Assembly (NCBI GenBank): GCA_965644295.1
Contig: CBFFRP010000068.1
Location: forward strand, 114,534-178,533
Direction of reading: 5' to 3'
Origin: Paraphysomonas bandaiensis
Taxonomy: Eukaryota > Protista > Chrysophyceae
Length of the DNA stretch: 64,000 bases
Under the pieces are notes generated by a model that was not told where the DNA came from, made no database searches, and saw only the letters and a program-made list of their open reading frames with translations. Numbering within the stretch: the first letter of the stretch is position 1; every line of letters starts with the position of its first letter. Below, piece after piece: positions 26,001 through 38,883 of the stretch. The position numbers and the translations under genes were made by a program.

Positions 26001-27562
26001 AAGAAGGATACATTGCTTAGGTGCAGAATACCAGCACAGCACTCGAAGACCCAGGAGACGTCAGTTTGGCTGAATCCCAGCTGTTGAAATGCAGTTCTAA
26101 CAAAACATATAAGTACAATTAAAAACTTCAACTCAGTACTGACTATTCACTAATCGACTTTACTTACGTTACATCAGTGAAATCATCTCTATCGTTGATT
26201 CCGTCGGCTGTTGTACACCCACTACTGCTGAGATATCTGAATGACTCTGCACCGTGCAGAGCCAATTGTCCCGACATGCACTCACACAACTGGTAGAAAA
26301 TATGATAGTTACGCTCTCCGATGCTTTGATGCACTACGCGGCTCTTTTCTAGAAGATAGTTTTCAATAGATGCACCAATAATTTGTCCTCTAGGAGAGAA
26401 GCAGATCTCCGTCCACCGCCCAAAGCGAGAAGAGTTGTTGTTCCGTAGAGTTTTAGCGTTACCAAATGCCTCCAGAATAGGATTTGCGTTGAGAATTTTC
26501 TGCTCGAGTTGTAACTCTGACCCGGCAATCTCCGCAAGGAAATTAAAGCATTGCTTGGTGGCCTCGGTCTTCCCAGCTCCAGATTCTCCTGATATGAGTA
26601 TGGCCTGGTTGATAGCTTCCTTGCTCATGCTTTGGAAAGCGGAGTTGGCTATTGCAAAGGTATGTGGAGGGTCCAGCCTATTCGGACATGAGTGGGCAAA
26701 TTCCTCCATAACATTAACAGTGTATATTGGAAGCTGGCGGAAGGGGTTGATACTCACTAACACGCTGTGCGAGGCCCCCACCCAAGTGTAGATCTTGTCT
26801 TCATTATACCGTGCCTTGAGAAGGTATATCATCTGGGCTTGGTTTAAGCTCTCTACCATAACCATGTCATCCACATGGCGTGTCAGACTGGACTTGAGAA
26901 GTGGCCATAGAGGCTCTGTGGGGCCCTTGGTGACAGTTTTCTTGGAATTGTCTGGAAGTATCACAGTTACGCTGTCGCCAGATCTACTCTTCACTCGAGC
27001 CGGTAGCCAAGCTTCAACCTTGTCAGACACCCATACCCACTCACCTTCATCTTCCTGTTTCTCTTCTGCAGTCTTGAGGCTGTTAGGTTTGTCCCACGAC
27101 ACAGACTCAGACACAGTATTGTAGTAATACGCCACACCATCAGCTGTAAATTTCTCAACCCAAGCTTTATCATCATCCGCAGGTGCTTGAGATCCAATAT
27201 TAAATTGTTTCATACCAGAAGTAACAGATTCCATTGTTGTTTTTGTTTGAGTTTTAGGGGGTTGAGGTATCGGTGGAGGACCTCTAGATACAGCTGGTGG
27301 GGGGGGAGGACGAGGGGCTGTTAATAATACCTTTAATTCAGGTATATCTTTAATTTTTGTCCAATCATTCATTCCATTTCTCCATGCAAGTGATTCTTGT
27401 GTAATATTCTATAATAATTATATAGTTATATAGTTATATATATGTATATATGTAGATAGATATACATACATTAGATTGAATTGATTGTATGATAGTTTCA
27501 GGAGGAACTGGACCTACTTGAGCCCCTGAAGCATCCGCGTAATAATATATATTATCAGCCAT
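23006..27562 (-). CDS. Unconventional myosin: GYF_2-like, WW, N-terminal SH3-like, motor, IQ, MyTH4, polyPro, SH3
   Basis: GYF_2-like: MADNIYYYADASGAQVGPV..LAWRNGMNDW. WW: WVEKFTADGVAYYYNTVSESVSWDKP. Motor: GESGAGKTE, NNNSSRFG, DIFGFE. MyTH4: FKNLMGYMGD..RAELYIQVMKQL..GWEMM. SH3: DWWMAKKLATGESGWIPSAYI. Confidence 0.92.
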
Positions 27563-28138
27563 ATCAAAGTTATGAATATAGCTGTATAGATTCCTTATAA
27601 GTGGTATATCAAGTGACTATGTATATAATAAGAGACCATCCCCCATATATATATATGTGTGTGTATGTATAGGTATAGCTATATACATGTACATGCATAC
27701 ATACATACACATACATACATACTCTGTACATACATGTACCATAACACATCCAAACATGGATCCAATAGAATATACAGAAGGGTATACGAGTGTATTCTAC
27801 AAATATTCTGTTGATATAGTTGGATAGAGTATCTAATATATTATACAGTGTCAGTATACCGTGTATAATGACCTCACAAAATTATGATTGAGTTCAAATA
27901 AAGTATAAATTCGGGGTTTTCATGAGATTTTACTTGATGTTAATACCATTTTTCACTCCACGTACATACCATGCATGAGCGATTATGGCTCAATAAAATT
28001 CATTCTAATAGCGTCTAATTATCTACTACTGTTAAAGTTATTTTTCCTTATGAATCAACTGGTTGGCGCGTTCCATACTCCCTTGTGATTGAGGATGTCG
28101 AGGTCTTCCATTAACCAGAATTAGTTCAGGTCAAATCG

Positions 28139-28330
28139 TTTATGGGTGCACCGAATATACTACAGTCAGACAACGGTTGAGAATTCCTGAACAAAGTGGT
28201 ACAAGAACTAATTCTGGTTAACGGAAACCTCGTCACCCTCAATCACAAGGGAGCGTGGAATGCGCAAACCAGGACGCCTAAAAACTCTTGTAACAATTCC
28301 GAAAACTGGTCGTACCGAGGAATACACGAC
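28139..28330 (+). pseudogene. Degraded DDE integrase (rve; SCAND3/KRBA2/Ginger-like) fragment
   Basis: GAPNILQSDNG*EFLNKVVQEL, then after a frameshift PRHPQSQGSVECANQD. This is the SDNG..EF..PRHPQSQGSVE integrase signature, disrupted by a stop and a frameshift. Confidence 0.8.
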
Positions 28331-28881
28331 GCACAGCGTCAAAAGAACTGGGCATTGAATGGAGAGTATTGCTTAAGAGCTTAAGAGGTGATCTACTTTG
28401 TTGCAAACATAGATTTGGGCTGTGATAGCACTGTATTTTCCTATGAATGGGAATATAAAGGGTTTGATTACAGAAGTTGATTCCTTTATATGGAAAGGAG
28501 TATGCGGCCAGGGTATGCGTGCTACACAATATATAACCATGTCAGTGTGGTATCCATTTTCTTATTTGATATCGCCATTTTCACTTTTAGGGTGATTCTA
28601 TTTAGTGTGCGAGCGATTGATTTTCGTAGCATTATACAAAAGAATGATGTCTCTAACTGAACCATAACTGCGTTTTACAACAATTGCTACCTTCCGGTAA
28701 CAATGTCTTTCGCTAAAATTGCTAATGAGTTACACCCTTACATAAATAAGTTTACAGCACACTTGCCATTATATATCAATTCCATACGAAGAAACAATCC
28801 AATTCTTGTGCATCACGAGAAAGGAGCTACAAGTTTGCAGTTGTCCATAAAACGAGAAATTCTAATATTTTTATTATAAAA

Positions 28882-29493
28882 TTATGTTAATTTGTTTAGG
28901 AACCAAAATTTAAGGCGTTTAATAAAATGTAAATGGGAACAGCAATCAATATAAAGTTTTAGTGCCTTCTCGTTCTGTGTATTTTGAATTATATTAAATT
29001 CAGCTTCTGTGAAATGCCCTTTAAAATAGGAAATAAGTGTAAATTTTTCAACAAAACTTGGCCTGAAGTTGTGAAGGTAGAAGTAATAAACTTTGAGCAC
29101 GGCGACTAACTTAGCAATAGTAGACTGGATTGACTCTGGACTAATATTAAACCCAATGGCAAGATCTACAACCGCTATTGCCCGTGACAATCGATGTGTC
29201 CATGCCACAATTTGACTCACACTAATGCGTTTACTTCTCAATTTCTGCACCTCATTCTCCCACGGGTAGGCTTCAGAATAATCCATCGTTTCTTTGAGAT
29301 GCATCGTCAATTGTAGGTCACGTGCTCTCTGAATCAGAGTATTATTTCTTAACACTGGGTATGCAATCATTAATTGAGCAGTAACACGTAATGATTCATC
29401 AAGTGCTACAATACTTAAAGCAGTGAGTTTATCTTGGTTAGATAGTCTGGATTGTGTCTGTGTACAATCAGATAGCTGTATTCCTGACTGCAT
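28882..29493 (-). CDS. Hypothetical protein (203 aa)
   Basis: Uninterrupted ATG-started ORF, divergent from the methyltransferase gene; no recognised motif. Confidence 0.5.
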   Translation of the reverse strand: MQSGIQLSDCTQTQSRLSNQDKLTALSIVALDESLRVTAQLMIAYPVLRNNTLIQRARDLQLTMHLKETMDYSEAYPWENEVQKLRSKRISVSQIVAWTHRLSRAIAVVDLAIGFNISPESIQSTIAKLVAVLKVYYFYLHNFRPSFVEKFTLISYFKGHFTEAEFNIIQNTQNEKALKLYIDCCSHLHFIKRLKFWFLNKLT

Positions 29494-29599
29494 TTTGGCA
29501 TAATGTGCGTTGTTAATGATATACTATGAAAGATAAACCTCATTATATTATATATCTGACTATGTGGAAATCATATCTTGGTAGATATGCCTGAAGCTA

Positions 29600-29793
29600 T
29601 ATGTGTATCTGTGTACCTGTCTGTGTAGATGTGTAGATGTGTAGCTGTGTGTGTACCTGTCTGTGTAGCTGTGTGTGTACCTGTCTGTGTAGCTGTGTAC
29701 CTGTCTGTGTAGCTGTGTACCTGTCTGTGTAGCTGTGTAGCTGTGTAGCTGTGTAGCTGTGTACTGTGTAGCTGTGTACCTGTGTACCTGTGT
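29600..29793. repeat. Compound minisatellite of CTGTGTAG / CTGTGTACCTGT units
   Basis: Directly visible, in the intergenic region between divergent genes. Confidence 0.9.
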
Positions 29794-29898
29794 ATAAATA
29801 CATATCAACAGATATTTTTCTCCTACTTTGTGTCGTGATGATCTGCTGATGATGAGATCATTTTTGGTCGCAAGTAACATACACTCATCTACACTGCA

Positions 29899-30035
29899 CG
29901 TATCGGCAGTCAGCATCTTATTTTTCGGAAATAAATTGAAGTAAAATTCCTCTATATTACTGCAGTACAACTACGGCTGGTATACAGATAATTGTTGTCT
30001 CAATATTAGAGGCATCTTTGAACAAAAACATACAA
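29899..30035 (+). mobile_element. Dispersed MITE-like repeat, copy 2
   Basis: Begins CGTATCGGCA, the inverse of the TGCCGATACG end seen in copies 1 and 3; the core matches both. Confidence 0.65.
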
Positions 30036-30159
30036 AGCATGCCTTTTTACAGTACTGCTGTTCGATGCATGTAATGTACAGTAGTAACATGCAGGATGTA
30101 AACAACTATCACACAGTTAACAGACATATAGAGATACATATATATATATATCTAAGTTG

Positions 30160-31302
30160 ATGTTTTATTGGTATCTACTTCTATCTCTATTATCTCTTTC
30201 ATTGTTATCTATATCTAATGGAAAGAAATATGATTTATATCATGATCAATTCATTGATATGGATAACAGTGTGATGATTGAATTAGATCTTGGTGATGAT
30301 ACTGCTAATTCATATTGGAATCGTGATATATCAATGATACAGAATACAGCTAGAAATGTATATTGTCCACAATTAATATCAATTGGAAAGATATTGAATG
30401 AAAATGATTGTGAGGCATTGATAACATCTGTTAGTAATGTACTTGTGTTGAATAAGGATTGGGTCAAGGATGGATATGGGTATTTTAAGACTGTTATTGA
30501 AGCTGTGGCAGATGATAAAAGCTTTGATGTGTTTAAAAGTGATATTGAGTACAAGAGCATTGTCGAAACTGTGTCACCTGAAATTGGAGTTGAGTATTTC
30601 CACAAGGCTGCTACACAGTCACCAGATTGGATACAAAACGATACATTTCTATATCGATTACAAGAGAACGATCTTTTTGGGTCTCCAATGTCTATTTCAG
30701 AAGTTGATGTTACTCCAACAAGTCAGATCCGAATGTCTGCAACGACTTTGCGCTACCTCAGTGTTGGTTCTGATCTTCAGACGGCCCTAAGAGTGTTCGA
30801 TAGCCCATCACTTTCTGTGGCAGAGATTGGAATAGGTTACGGCGGCCAGGCTCAGGTTCTGGCAGCGCTTGCTGATCTATATGGTGTACGACTGCATTAT
30901 ACATTCTTTGATCTGGATATTGTGCGTCAGCTTGCGCACAAATACCTTTCCAAGTTTAGCTGGATCGATATGTCACAGTTTCACTTTCATGCAGACTCAA
31001 ACGTGGGTTTAAATAGGGTCACCAACCTATGCATCAGCAATTATGCAATATCGGAGTTTTCAAAAAGTGTTCAGGATCAGTACATAGACAGTGTGATGAA
31101 ATACTGTGAAAATGGGTATGTGATGTTCAACAATATCGGTGTCGCAAATCATGGGGAAGGGAATAGCTATACTGTTCAAGAATTTATAGATAGAGTTAGG
31201 GCAACAAGTGGATTAGGAGCTGATCAAATAGTTGTTTTACCAGAGTATCCGTTGACACACCCTGAAAATATCTTAGTGTTGTGGAGTTCTAATCGTTTTT
31301 AA
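30160..31302 (+). CDS. Putative secretory-pathway class I SAM-dependent (sugar O-)methyltransferase
   Basis: Hydrophobic N-terminal signal or anchor; TTLRY; motif I VAEIGIGYGGQ; YTFFDL; CISNYAISE; GYVMFN. Intronless. Confidence 0.75.
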   Translation: MFYWYLLLSLLSLSLLSISNGKKYDLYHDQFIDMDNSVMIELDLGDDTANSYWNRDISMIQNTARNVYCPQLISIGKILNENDCEALITSVSNVLVLNKDWVKDGYGYFKTVIEAVADDKSFDVFKSDIEYKSIVETVSPEIGVEYFHKAATQSPDWIQNDTFLYRLQENDLFGSPMSISEVDVTPTSQIRMSATTLRYLSVGSDLQTALRVFDSPSLSVAEIGIGYGGQAQVLAALADLYGVRLHYTFFDLDIVRQLAHKYLSKFSWIDMSQFHFHADSNVGLNRVTNLCISNYAISEFSKSVQDQYIDSVMKYCENGYVMFNNIGVANHGEGNSYTVQEFIDRVRATSGLGADQIVVLPEYPLTHPENILVLWSSNRF

Positions 31303-32417
31303 GTAAGATATCTGGTTTCAGATAGGTGTAGGATATGATCGTGACGTAGCTAAGTAGGTTACTAATGTAGTGTATATTCATACGATTTTATTTCATGGTA
31401 TGAATGAGAGGTGTCTTACCGTTTGAGTTTCTTTCAGTGAATTGTCTTGGTGCTTTAATTGATGGTAGAGTTACCGTTGAATTCGGGCACCATCATTGTA
31501 GCTGTTGCAGTAATGATAGAAGCGCATCCTTAGACAGTTACGGTTTTGCGTTAAATTCGAATAGGGCGGCTACTCATGGGTCGGCTCTGCAAAATAAAAA
31601 CGATATATCTAGTATTTTCCTTTCCTACATTATCGGCAAACCTTGTGCCATCATTCCTCTCCAATGGATAGTAGCCTAAGCAGTAAAGAACGAGCACTCT
31701 TTTTTCGAGTTGGACTACATAAAACTACAAACAGGCTAATGATTGACAGTGTCTAGACTGCACATATCCCGAACAACGAACAACCAGCTCTCCTGTGTAT
31801 GTGCTATATGTGTGAAGCCTTGTCAATCACAAACTGAAACATCTATTCAAACTGAGTTGCAACAGTTTGCAAATCGATCTTTACAGTGATCCACCGGGAA
31901 AGGTAAAGATGTTCTCGAAGAACAACCGCAGTGTTCTATCATTCACACCTACATGTTTGTGTCAATTCTGCTAACCATAATGAAACTATTGTTCATGGCA
32001 GGTCGTATTTTTGAATCCCCTTCACATGTTGAATGTTAACATTCGTCGTGATACGTACATCGGAGTGGGATAAAGCGGGCCCAGATATCTTCCAGAAGCC
32101 TCCTTACAATTCAAACAAAGGGTCACACACTCAAACATGCATCCACCAAGGCTAATATAAATTCAAGTAAGAGAAATAAACGGATTCACTCAATGTATAT
32201 CTTAACAGACTATATATATATATACTGTACATAGCCATGTCTCTTGATATGCATTGGAGTGTCCCCCTCATTCCTCTTCATGTCCCCAACACTCCGTGTC
32301 CAACTACTGTACAATAGTCGTATTACCACACTACTGTATTCCCTTATATCGCGAGTGTACTTCGTATGGTATATAATATATGGGATATATTGTACATCTG
32401 TATACCAGAAGGAATTC

Positions 32418-32517
32418 CGATCCAGCAAAAAAATCGACCTTTTTTCGTTATTTCTCTGAAATATATTCGTCAAAAAACAACATGCATCAAAAAAGCCTGT
32501 TTTTTTTTGCTGGATCG
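32418..32517. repeat. Small inverted-repeat element (MITE-like)
   Basis: CGATCCAGCAAAAAAA at the left and TTTTTTTGCTGGATCG at the right, about 100 bp apart; no clean TSD. Confidence 0.55.
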
Positions 32518-32831
32518 ACTTCCCACAGTATACATAGTGGAGTGTAATTCTACATATATATACATATACAGTACATATATATTATGTATGTATGTGTAGT
32601 ATTGTAATATATGTACCACGTACACTACATATGTATACATGTATACATATATATCCATATAGATGGTATGTCCATATACATGTATGTATGTATGTAGATA
32701 GCATGAGGTATAATTTCATAGTACTGTAACAGTATTTTGGCCGTTATTATATATATGCATTAAACACATCAATACACTTATATTAACATACCCATCTCAT
32801 CAGAGATCATTTTCATTATATTCATATAATC

Positions 32832-35800
32832 ATGATTGTTACAAATGATACAATAATTAATACAAATATTGTAGATACTACTTGTAATGATAGTAATCAA
32901 GTGATTATAAGGAATGAGGATGATGATGATGATGTTATAAGTGATGAAGGGGATGATGATGATGAAAGCCCTTATAGAGATCCTCCTCCAGGGTTTTTAA
33001 AAATCAGGCAAAGCAAGTTTAACTTTATTCCTGGGACAGTTTTCGTTGAGTATCCCCCTGAATTGGGTACATACACGTCTTTACTAAACCACTTATGCTA
33101 ACTCGTATATCAGGGATTACTCGAAATGATATAAGCAAATTAGAAAAAATGGGACGCAAGAAATTACACTATTCTTGCTACTGGGGAAGAAATTGTATTA
33201 AAAATGCGTTTAGGTACCGTTTCTACCGTATTTTAGTTGTCACATATCATTTTACTTTCACACACTACAGGAGGGCTGGATTCGAAAACAGTGACGTCAA
33301 CTGGACTGCCATGTGGTCTAAACACCAACCGGCTGAGGTCATTAGTTCCCTTAACTGTCTTCAGAAAGTAAATCATTTTCCTGCAAGCTGGTATACGATA
33401 CCGTCAATTCAGAATTGCTGCGAGTGATAAATATACGACGCTGTTGTTTATAGGTGCATCGGTCGTAAGGACCGTCTCATGAGGACAATGCAAGCCATGC
33501 GTCGTATTCACGGAGATGAGTATGCATTCCACCCTGAAGGATTTACCCTGCCAAGCGACGGCCTCAACCTCGAGCGATGCGTATGTGTTCACTTTTTCTG
33601 TTTTCTGTCTTGACGCTATCTTGCTTTCCAGATCAAGCTCGATGGCCGCTCAAAAGGGGGTAAAAGACCATCTGGCGGAGCGCACAAGGGTTTTTGGATT
33701 ATTAAGGTATTCAAGAATTTTATACAATGTTCTCTACGACAGGTTTGATATCTGTTTCAGCCTGTGGCCTCCAGTTGTGGCAGAGGTATCAAAGTGGTGA
33801 ACTCCGATAAGGCCCTTGCACTTGCTAAATCTAACAAGAAGCTACTCGTACAGCGGTATCTAGTGCCATGTTGCAATTTTAATGTTCTTATGCGATTGGA
33901 TAGGTACTTGGCTGACCCGTACCTCATTAACCGGAAAAAATTTGATCTCCGCATGTATTGTCTTGTTACTGGTGTGGACCCATTAAGAGTGTATATTCAT
34001 GAAGAGGTGCATTATGATTTCTTCATTCGAAACATACTTAATACTTCACTGTAATCAGGGTCTGACAAGAATATCCACTCAGGAGTACAACTTAAAGAAC
34101 CTCAAGAATAGATTCTCTCATCTTACGAACTGTATGTTGTCATGTGCCTTGAATTAGTTTTTCCTAATTCAAGCCCATTTTTAGATTCTATAAACAAAAA
34201 ATCAGCGAACTTTGTAGCAGCCACAGAGGAAGATCATGCAGCGTCTCCAGTGAGAGGTGCGTCTGTGATTATTTAAGCTTGTACCAGTATTGCTAACACC
34301 GTTAAAGGCGAATCTCCACCTTGTAGCACCAATGACAACGGTCAGCCAACTGCTGATAATGCTAGTGGAGAAGTAGAGGGATACAAATGGTCGTTGCGTG
34401 CTTTCCGCAAGTGGCTGGTGGAGAAGGAAGGAGAAGTTGTAGCACAGCAGACCTGGAAAAGTATAGACGATATAATTCTCAAGACTATTATAGCTGCGGA
34501 ACCAGAACTAACACATAGTTTGCACTCAGGTAATTGAATACCCTCTACTACTTTGTAATAACCAGGTGTTTTTGTTTACATTCATTTTACAAACAGTTGC
34601 CAATTATCGGACAAATTGTTTTGAGTTGTTTGGCTTCGATATTTTCCTTGACAAGCAGTTGTCTCCGCATCTTGTGGAGGTACAGGGTAATGTATGTGTT
34701 AGATCAGGGTAACGCTACTCTACTAGGTGAACATTTCCCCTAGCTTGATGGGGAGCAGTCCACTTGACAAGAGAATCAAGGGAACTTTGGTTGCTGATGT
34801 GTGTCACGTGACCGGATTTCATGCGCACGACCCTGCTTTGCTAGCCAAATACTCCAGGTTGATACAGCTCAATGAGTTTCGTTTCTGACTGAAAAATGAT
34901 GCAGATTGGATTCTAAGGCCACTGTTCCTGGTGCAGGAGCAAGAGTCCCCAAGTATAAGACCTATATGGGCAGCGACTCGTCACCATCTCAGTCTGATAG
35001 TACAAATTCGGCAGCCAGTCGAAAGAAAGGAAGCGATGATATAAATCCATTTTCTTTCAATTCTCTGTCGAAAATGATGGGACAACAAGACTTGTGGAGA
35101 AAAGAACCCAGCCCGATGAACATTGATATGCAAGCACTTGGAAATGGGGTAAGTAGTGGTTGATTTATACTGGACGCTTTCTGATATGTATTAGGACTCG
35201 TCGTGGATGATGATGTTGATGGTGGAAGATGAGTTTTCTAGAGCAGAGTCGTCTTTCTTTCGGAGGGTTTGTTGTGCTGCCTATTTTGTATTAATGCTGA
35301 TAGAACAATCAATAGATTCATCCTCGCTCAGAGTCTGTAGTCAGTTATCTTAACTTTTACAAGAACCCGAGATTTTCAGGTGTAATGTTTCGTTTATTAA
35401 TTATCGCTTGTCTCAATCTGATATGTAGATCACCTGTTGGGTAGATGGGTATTAGGCGGACTCTCTAGTGGAAGTTCTAATGCCGCTTTCCTTCCAGCGC
35501 GGTACAGTTTTCTTACTTTGAGTTCTGTTTTGTTGTTAAAACGTTTGCCAGGTTTACTTCGAATGTACCCTTAAAGACCCCCGTCGTAGCTGGTACTCCG
35601 ATTCGTGAAGTTGTAGAGGAACCGAGAAGCAGACTTATACTTCCGAAGCAACCTGGACAACGATCAACCAGACGCGGTTCTAAAGATAAATCGAGTAAAA
35701 GGAAGTCGATGTCTAAGAAACGAAGCAGTAGTAGTAAACCACAGTAAGTTTGTGTATTCTCAAACGTGGGATGTGGATTGTGATTATATGTTTTAGACGC

Positions 35801-36901
35801 AATGTTACTGGTGCTGCTGAATCACTCATGTCGTCAACTACGCCACAAGAGCTAGGAAAAGATGACACGACATCTTCAACGAGTAGTACCAATGGGAGTG
35901 AACGAAAAAAGTCAAAGGAGCCTCACCGTCCTCTGAGTACGCGACGGCCTTCTTCTGCGAGTCACAATCTGCCGCCGGATAGGGCAACAATTTCATCCCG
36001 CAACAGATATATACGTACGATATCGAAGCAGTTCAGTGACGATAGTACGAATTCTTCTCCAGTCGTTACGCCCAGAAGCTTCACGCGTATGGAGCCCGAT
36101 GACTTAGGAAGCTCGAACACTGATAGCATGTGTAACGCAGTGAATGTCAGTGAAACGACTCAACCTGATCTGCAGAGAATTCGTCCTCCTCGAATTGACA
36201 CTGGTCCAACTAAGACGATAAGAAAGCAACACGGTGTTTCTCATTCTGAATCCCCAGTCCGAGGGATGCGAAGTGGGCGCCAAGAGAACAATGATAGTGT
36301 TAATAAATTGAGTGATAGTGGAACTAGTAGAAGGCGAGGGCAATCGTCTGATTTTTCTAGAAACAGTGGGGTCTCGACCAATCGTCCCACCCGCCCACCA
36401 AAGGCTGAGCAGAAGTACCTTCCAATTGGAAGTAGATTAAGAAGACATATATCTGTATCAAGAGCTGCTGAAAATGCGATTTTAGATACGTCTTGTCAGA
36501 GCAACTACTCATCTGACACCCATTATGGAAATAGAGGAAATGCATTGACGTCATCTCCTATTCAGATAGCGTCCGGATCTAGAACTGATACTCATTCTGA
36601 AAAGGTTCAAATGTCTTTGTATGAAATGGTTAAGCAAGCTTCCGCTGAATCTGATGACCCATGTCCCTCTGGCGGTGGACCATATAATGCAACAGGTATA
36701 GATGATCCCATCAGGAATGGGGAGAGCGTGCTGCGTCAAATTGAAGATTTACTCGATAGTGATATCAGCAGGATGGGTGTGAGTTCTCGCGGGACGGTAA
36801 TTGCTTCCACAAGACCGTATAGTGCAGGGCGGGTTGGTGCTAATTCGTATGCTAACAATGCAAGAGAGGTTCAAAGAAGTGTGCTAGGTGTTAATAGGTA
36901 G
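32832..36901 (+). CDS. Tubulin-tyrosine ligase-like polyglutamylase (TTLL4/5-like), many exons, long disordered tail
   Basis: Spliced motifs QKVNHFPASWCIGRKDRL, WIIKPVASSCGRGI, VQRYLADPYLINRKKFDLRMY, HLTNYSINK and [27 protein letters not shown]. Confidence 0.9.
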
Positions 36902-37547
36902 GTAATTGTGTATCAACAACGAACGGTATCTTACGAAATCTGCAGGAGAAATATTCGATTTTCTGGAAAGAAATCGTATGTATAGGTTTTATAGAGTAGT
37001 TGTGTTATGTGTCGTTTGGTCTTTTGTAAGTAACGTGTGTGTTCATCCCTGATTGTTGCAGCCACATTACATTTTGCATCTATGAACAAGTACATTATTT
37101 TGGATGTACTTGTCGGTGTGATGTGATATCTTGAACATAACAAAATTAGGTATATACAGTAGTGAATGTCTGATTTTTAGCACGAGGCGTGTTAGAGTCA
37201 GAACTAGTGTAGCAAAGCTATTTAACTAGCTAGTGGTTATCTCTGACATCTGATTAACAGAAGTTGACATTATTTGCTAAGGTTTACTATTCTCAAATGA
37301 TAAGATGAAATTATAAACATTACATGATAAAGAACCTAAGTTGTGTTCGATGTGTTCAACACCATTCATTTACTACGATAGTGTACAAACCACACACTCA
37401 GTGATCGTATCCTGTATAGTCATCCACTTCTACTTCAGTTTCATACTACACAATATAATGTACTAATTACATATATATCTTTCGATCCTTGCATCTCACA
37501 TAATACTGCACTCAATTGCAAGTATATAGAATCTTCAGATCTCAACA

Positions 37548-37947
37548 CTGATATCCTACTATTTAGCGCAACCAAAGCTGATTGTGTGTCACCGCAAGCA
37601 CCAAGGTGCAATCACTTCTGCTCTCCCTCCTTTAGGTGAACAGCCCGGACCATGCTTGACTTCTGTAGGCAGTCCAATACCCAGATTCTCTTAAGGTGGG
37701 CCCATTCCCGGATGCTTGACTTCAGTAGGCAGCCCAATATCCCAGATGCCAGCTTATTTGTCAAGGCCCAAAGGCGTCTACACAAGTGGCACTTACGTTA
37801 CTGTCCCCTGTACCACACAAGCGCTAGGCTATGAATAAGCAGATATATATCTGCATATATATATGCGGCTCACGTTAGTTTCCCAGAGAAATATCTCCGG
37901 TACTTATCCCCCAGAACACCACGAAAAGGTACGAGTCCGACTTTGTT
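37548..37947. mobile_element. Hairpin-ended dispersed repeat family, copy A (400 bp)
   Basis: Shares its left end (TATCCTACTA..GCACCAAGGTGC) and right end (ACGAAAAGGTRCGAGTCCGACTTTGTT) with 54367-55234. Confidence 0.75.
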
Positions 37948-38066
37948 AAGAGTGTTTGATATTAGAATTCGTACTGTCTCTGTCAAGCCATTTACCAAAT
38001 AGTCAATTGCGAACTGTTAAAAGTATGCTGCCCTTCTATTAAACTAAAGCAGCCAATAAATTCAGT

Positions 38067-38270
38067 ACAACGAACGTTGTGGAGCGCAGTTCAGCAGAAC
38101 CAAAATTATCATGACACACTTGACCCCACGACGCCTCGAACTGCTGCTGCTGCTTCAGTTCAACAAGCACTGGAGGATCGCAAAGAAACAGGTCATCGAT
38201 GATGGACCGTCCGATCATGACGAGAATGAGGACGACAGTGACGAAGAGTTGGAATACTTACTGTACTACG
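38067..38270 (+). pseudogene. Remnant of a second hAT transposase C-terminus
   Basis: TTNVVER, then after a frameshift FSRTKIIMTHLTPRRLELLLLLQFNKHW and an acidic tail; parallels the end of the 9027-10012 transposase. Confidence 0.65.
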
Positions 38271-38883
38271 TAGTTGCTGCTTCGTTCTTGGGTTTTCATC
38301 ATCATGTTGTAACCTCTACTAACTAGTTAGCTAGCTAATATATTGCTTATATTGGATTTTAAAAAATTATTATTATTCATTTTTTCTGGATATATATATT
38401 GCACTATATTTCTACCAGGCCTTGTATGCATTCCACATTCCACATATGCCTTCCTATCTAGTATCACAATTTTAATTACATAATTGTTCAATCTTGATGA
38501 AAAAATACTACATGCTTGTTTGAGCTCATTTGTTTGAGTTGGCGAGGTCTTTAGCACTTGTAGTCTGTTGTGATGGATAGTAGATAGTAGGTTGTTATTG
38601 TCAAAATATTGATAGCTTGTTACACACTTGTACTCAAGAAAATTTAGGACAGAAGTAAAACTGTTATGCCGGTCTAAACCACGCCTCTAATGGTCGTAAA
38701 CATACATCTAATATATCGTGTATAAATACGATATTCCCTTTCTAGTTTATTTTCGGAAATAATTTCTAATTCATAAATGTACTGTGTATTTTCACATCTT
38801 GAATATCTTAAGGAAACGTGGTAGTTACACACAATATGACACGTTTCAGTATGATAAATATATATACGGCTAAGAATATAATG

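Noticed and set aside
28178-28180. In-frame TGA as selenocysteine or a recoded stop
   Set aside because: It lies in an integrase relic that is also frameshifted; intact genes in the window use TAA, TAG and TGA as normal stops.
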